NCBI GenBank assembly: GCA_013151645.1
Contig: JAADHU010000003.1
Location: 1 to 29,586 of the forward strand
DNA length: 29,586 nucleotides
Direction of reading: 5' to 3'
From: Gammaproteobacteria bacterium
GTDB lineage: Bacteria; Pseudomonadota; Gammaproteobacteria; Steroidobacterales; Woeseiaceae
Position 1 is the stretch's first letter; each line of letters starts with the position of its first letter. Shown one piece after another: positions 26,969 through 29,586 of the stretch. The notes below the pieces were generated by a model. The model made no database searches and was not told the DNA's origin. It worked only from the letters and a program-made list of their open reading frames with translations. The position numbers and the translations under genes are program-made.

Positions 26969-28125
26969 CTCAACCATTCGACGACGCTCATACCGACGAA
27001 ACTGCCGATGGCGTAACCAAAGGAACCGGCAAGAATGCCTGGAACCGTCAGGTGGCCCCAGCCCTTGGCCGATGCGATTGCCGGCGCCATGGCCGGTCCG
27101 CCGATACAGACGGCTGAACCCATGAGTATCTCGCCCAGGTCCAGCTTGAACAGGCGACCGAGCGGCAGCAGAAGCAGCAGATGTACGCTGACAATGATCA
27201 ATGCAACCACAAACAGGATCGGCGCGATCTCGACCAGTTTCCAGACATCGGCACTGGCGCCAATCGTTGCCAGGAAAATGAACATCAGGACATTGCCGGC
27301 TTCGGTGAATGCCGACATTCTTGCCACCAGTCGTGGTGCCAGCGTGGCCACCATGAGCGCAAGAAAGGTAATGATCAGAATCCCGTATTGCGGCCTCTCG
27401 AACCAGTTCGCAATGAGGTGTCCGGCCGCGGCCAGCGCGAACGCGAGCGACAGCGCGGCGGTCAGACCGGCGATATCGAGGTTCGCGACCTGGTGAACGG
27501 GTTTGTCCGGGGCGTTTGCAGGCGAATCAATCACCGGCTCCCGCCGACCGGGAAACCATCGGGCGAATGCTGCAATGCCGGGCAGCGTAATAATCAGGAT
27601 CAAATGCAGATTCGTGATGACATTGTCCGCCGCAAACATCGCCGCAAGATAGGTCTTGTCCGCAAACTGCGTCGCTTCGGCCACGGCGGCAAAATTCAGC
27701 GAGCCGCCGATATAGGTACCTGTGAATATGCCCGCCAGGGCCGGTTCCGTCGGCCCCAGATCAACAAGAGACATGGCGATAAAAACACCGGCGACGACCG
27801 TTGCGCTGCCGATGACAAAAGCGACCAAAGTCGCACCGGCCTCGCGAAATACACGCCGCAGGTCTGCCTGAAACAGCAACAGGGGTATGGCGATCGGCAC
27901 CAGGTACTCCCAGACAACATCGTAGACCGGCGCAGCCGAAGGAATAATGCGCAGATTGGATAGTACGACGGCCAGCGTAATCAGCAACATCACACCTGAA
28001 TACTTGCGACCAAAAGGGAAGCGCTCACACCAGAAACCGAATGCTGCGATACCGATAAGTACGGCCCAGAGCGCGAAGTCCTGATGCGGACCAATGAGCG
28101 GCAAGAACTCGGCGCCGGCTTGCAT
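26965..28125 (-). CDS. Polytopic membrane protein, DUF819-like
   Basis: About 11 predicted TM helices with two-fold internal symmetry (transporter-like). Start set at MQAGAEF, which follows a CAGGAG RBS. Confidence 0.6.
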   Translation of the reverse strand: MQAGAEFLPLIGPHQDFALWAVLIGIAAFGFWCERFPFGRKYSGVMLLITLAVVLSNLRIIPSAAPVYDVVWEYLVPIAIPLLLFQADLRRVFREAGATLVAFVIGSATVVAGVFIAMSLVDLGPTEPALAGIFTGTYIGGSLNFAAVAEATQFADKTYLAAMFAADNVITNLHLILIITLPGIAAFARWFPGRREPVIDSPANAPDKPVHQVANLDIAGLTAALSLAFALAAAGHLIANWFERPQYGILIITFLALMVATLAPRLVARMSAFTEAGNVLMFIFLATIGASADVWKLVEIAPILFVVALIIVSVHLLLLLPLGRLFKLDLGEILMGSAVCIGGPAMAPAIASAKGWGHLTVPGILAGSFGYAIGSFVGMSVVEWLS

Positions 28126-28266
28126 ATCACGCTCCTGGAGACGGGTAGTGGCTGCAAGGTACACCAGTTGCGCGGCGAAAAGAAATGCGGCGCGATGACA
28201 TGCCGGGGACACCGTACCGCGATCTGTGATACACAGACATCCCGTTTAAACAATTACCGAGTTTCT

Positions 28267-28752
28267 ATGATTACTATCGTGACCAATCACGGCGATATCG
28301 TCGTTGAACTTTTCGAGGAAACCGCCCCGATCTCCTGTGCGAACTTCAAACAGTACCTAGAGGAAGGCCATTTCACCGAAACCATATTTCATCGTGTCAT
28401 TCCGAATTTCATGATTCAGGGCGGTGGCATGACGGCCGACATGCAAAGCAAATCGACGCGCGAGCCCATCAAGAATGAAGCCGACAATGGTGAGCAAAAC
28501 CTGCGTGGCACGCTTGCCATGGCACGCACCGGCGTCGTCGACAGTGCAACGTCGCAGTTCTTCATCAATCTCCGCGATAATGACTTCCTGAACCACAGTA
28601 ATCGCGATTTTGGTTATGCTGTATTTGCCAAAGTCACTGATGGCATGGACGTGGTCGACACCATCGGCGCCGTGGCCACGGGCACGAGCGGCGGGCAACA
28701 GGACGTACCAACGGACCCCGTCGTCATCCAGGAAATTCGTATCTCGGAGTAG
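28267..28752 (+). CDS. ppiB: Cyclophilin-type peptidyl-prolyl cis-trans isomerase
   Basis: [24 protein letters not shown] ... [14 protein letters not shown] ... GTLAMARTG are cyclophilin signature blocks. 161 aa from the internal ATG. Confidence 0.9.
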   Translation: MITIVTNHGDIVVELFEETAPISCANFKQYLEEGHFTETIFHRVIPNFMIQGGGMTADMQSKSTREPIKNEADNGEQNLRGTLAMARTGVVDSATSQFFINLRDNDFLNHSNRDFGYAVFAKVTDGMDVVDTIGAVATGTSGGQQDVPTDPVVIQEIRISE

Positions 28753-28757
28753 ACCCG

Positions 28758-29513
28758 ATGCCCGAACCGGAACTTTCTGCAGGCAGGGCCGCACGCCATC
28801 TGGCGCTGCCGCAGATCGGTGCTGAGGGCCAGGAACGCATTGCGGCGTCCACGGCGCTATTGATCGGTGTGGGCGGGATTGGTTGCGCGGCCGCAAGCTA
28901 CCTCGCGAGCAGCGGCGTAGGGCGATTGCTTTTGTGCGATTTCGATACCGTCGATGCCACCAATCTCGGCCGCCAGATTTTGTACGGGCCGGCGGATGTT
29001 GGCGAGCTAAAGGCACAATGCGCCGTATCGCGGCTCAGCAAGGTTAATCCCGAAATCGAGCTGACGCCGATCGTGGATCGATTGAACGGTGCAGCGCTGG
29101 CTAAGGCCGTTGCCGAAGCTGATATCGTCCTGGACGGCTGCGATAACTTCGCGACCCGCTTCAACGTCAGCGACGCCTGCGTCGCAAACAGGCGCCGACT
29201 GGTTTCGGGTTCGGCGATTCGCTTCGAAGCGCAACTTGCCACCTTCGGTCCCGACTATGAAACGTCTCCCTGTTACCGATGTCTTTATACGGAAGCCGAC
29301 GAGTCGCTGGAAAACTGCACGGGCAACGGCGTATTGGCACCTGTTCCTGGTGTCGTCGGTACGATGATGGCGGTTGAGGCGTTGAAGTTCCTGGGCGGCA
29401 TAGAGAATCCACCCGGCAGGTTGACCTTGTACGAAGGGCTGTCGGGTGACTGGCGTCAGGTCACAATCAGGAAACGTGCTGATTGTTGCGGGTGTTGCTC
29501 CGGGAGTGGATAA
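28758..29513 (+). CDS. moeB: Molybdopterin-synthase adenylyltransferase (ThiF/MoeB E1-like)
   Basis: Glycine-rich nucleotide loop LLIGVGGIGCAAASYLASSGVG, a ThiF fold, and C-terminal CxxC...CxxC zinc motifs (CYRC, CCGCC). Pseudomonas synteny places moeB next to prmC. Confidence 0.85.
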   Translation: MPEPELSAGRAARHLALPQIGAEGQERIAASTALLIGVGGIGCAAASYLASSGVGRLLLCDFDTVDATNLGRQILYGPADVGELKAQCAVSRLSKVNPEIELTPIVDRLNGAALAKAVAEADIVLDGCDNFATRFNVSDACVANRRRLVSGSAIRFEAQLATFGPDYETSPCYRCLYTEADESLENCTGNGVLAPVPGVVGTMMAVEALKFLGGIENPPGRLTLYEGLSGDWRQVTIRKRADCCGCCSGSG

Positions 29514-29544
29514 CCTATTCGCTGAACGCGAATCGGGTCGCGCC

Positions 29545-29586
29545 TCGGGAGATGCTCCTACAGTCTTTCTATCGGCACCCCTCCTG
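29545..29586. repeat. Partial copy (left half plus loop) of the 84-bp palindromic repeat family, at the 3' end of moeB
   Basis: cgcctcgggagatgctcctacagtctttctatcggcacccctcctg aligns with the unit segment cgcctctcaggtgacgctcctacagtttgtcccattgccactcctg. Confidence 0.5.

Noticed and set aside
27181-27963. 260-aa plus-strand ORF
   Set aside because: It is antisense to the polytopic membrane protein gene, has highly biased Arg/His/Gln/Asp composition and no hydrophobic segments.
28357-29016. 219-aa minus-strand ORF
   Set aside because: It lies antisense to both the cyclophilin and moeB genes, which have unambiguous motifs. It is Arg-rich and has no support.
1-29586. Possibility that the window is a circular element, because both ends carry halves of the same repeat
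   Set aside because: Joining the ends does not reconstitute a clean unit; the loop segment would be duplicated. The content is chromosomal housekeeping synteny. The edge matches are more likely independent dispersed copies.

Overview
This is a 29.6-kb chromosomal window of about 58% GC. The second half carries a conserved gammaproteobacterial (Pseudomonas-like) core: ychF-pth-ctc(rplY)-prs-tRNAGln-lolB-TPR on the minus strand, then hemA-prfA-[insert]-prmC-[insert]-moeB on the plus strand. Within that core, ispE is missing from its usual slot between lolB and tRNA-Gln/prs. A cystathionine beta-synthase gene plus a tandem 84-86-bp hairpin-repeat array sits between prfA and prmC. Three genes (DUF3179-like, DUF819-like, cyclophilin) sit between prmC and moeB. 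The first 14 kb looks accessory: DUF302, TlpA-like redoxin, an ArsR regulator paired with a fatty-acid-hydroxylase-family enzyme, a methionine-gamma-lyase-like gene with a divergent Lrp regulator, a flotillin, a TA-flanked MITE-like element, a tri-domain GT8 / methyltransferase-like / ELM1-like protein followed by a 2OG-Fe(II) oxygenase and a second fatty-acid-hydroxylase (a candidate envelope-glycolipid modification module), a GFA protein, an HTH-CPBP protease pair, and a gene-poor stretch ending at tRNA-Met. Two repeat families are visible. The first is an 84-bp palindromic unit, present in 4.5 tandem copies at 23.1-23.5 kb with half-copies at both window edges, always at gene 3' ends. The second is a MITE-like element with 19-bp terminal inverted repeats, at 6.0 kb with partial copies at 26.9 kb and at the prmC stop codon. 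No CRISPR array, no toxin-antitoxin pair and no phage genes were recognised. All calls come from reading the sequence and the six-frame translations by eye; no searches were run.
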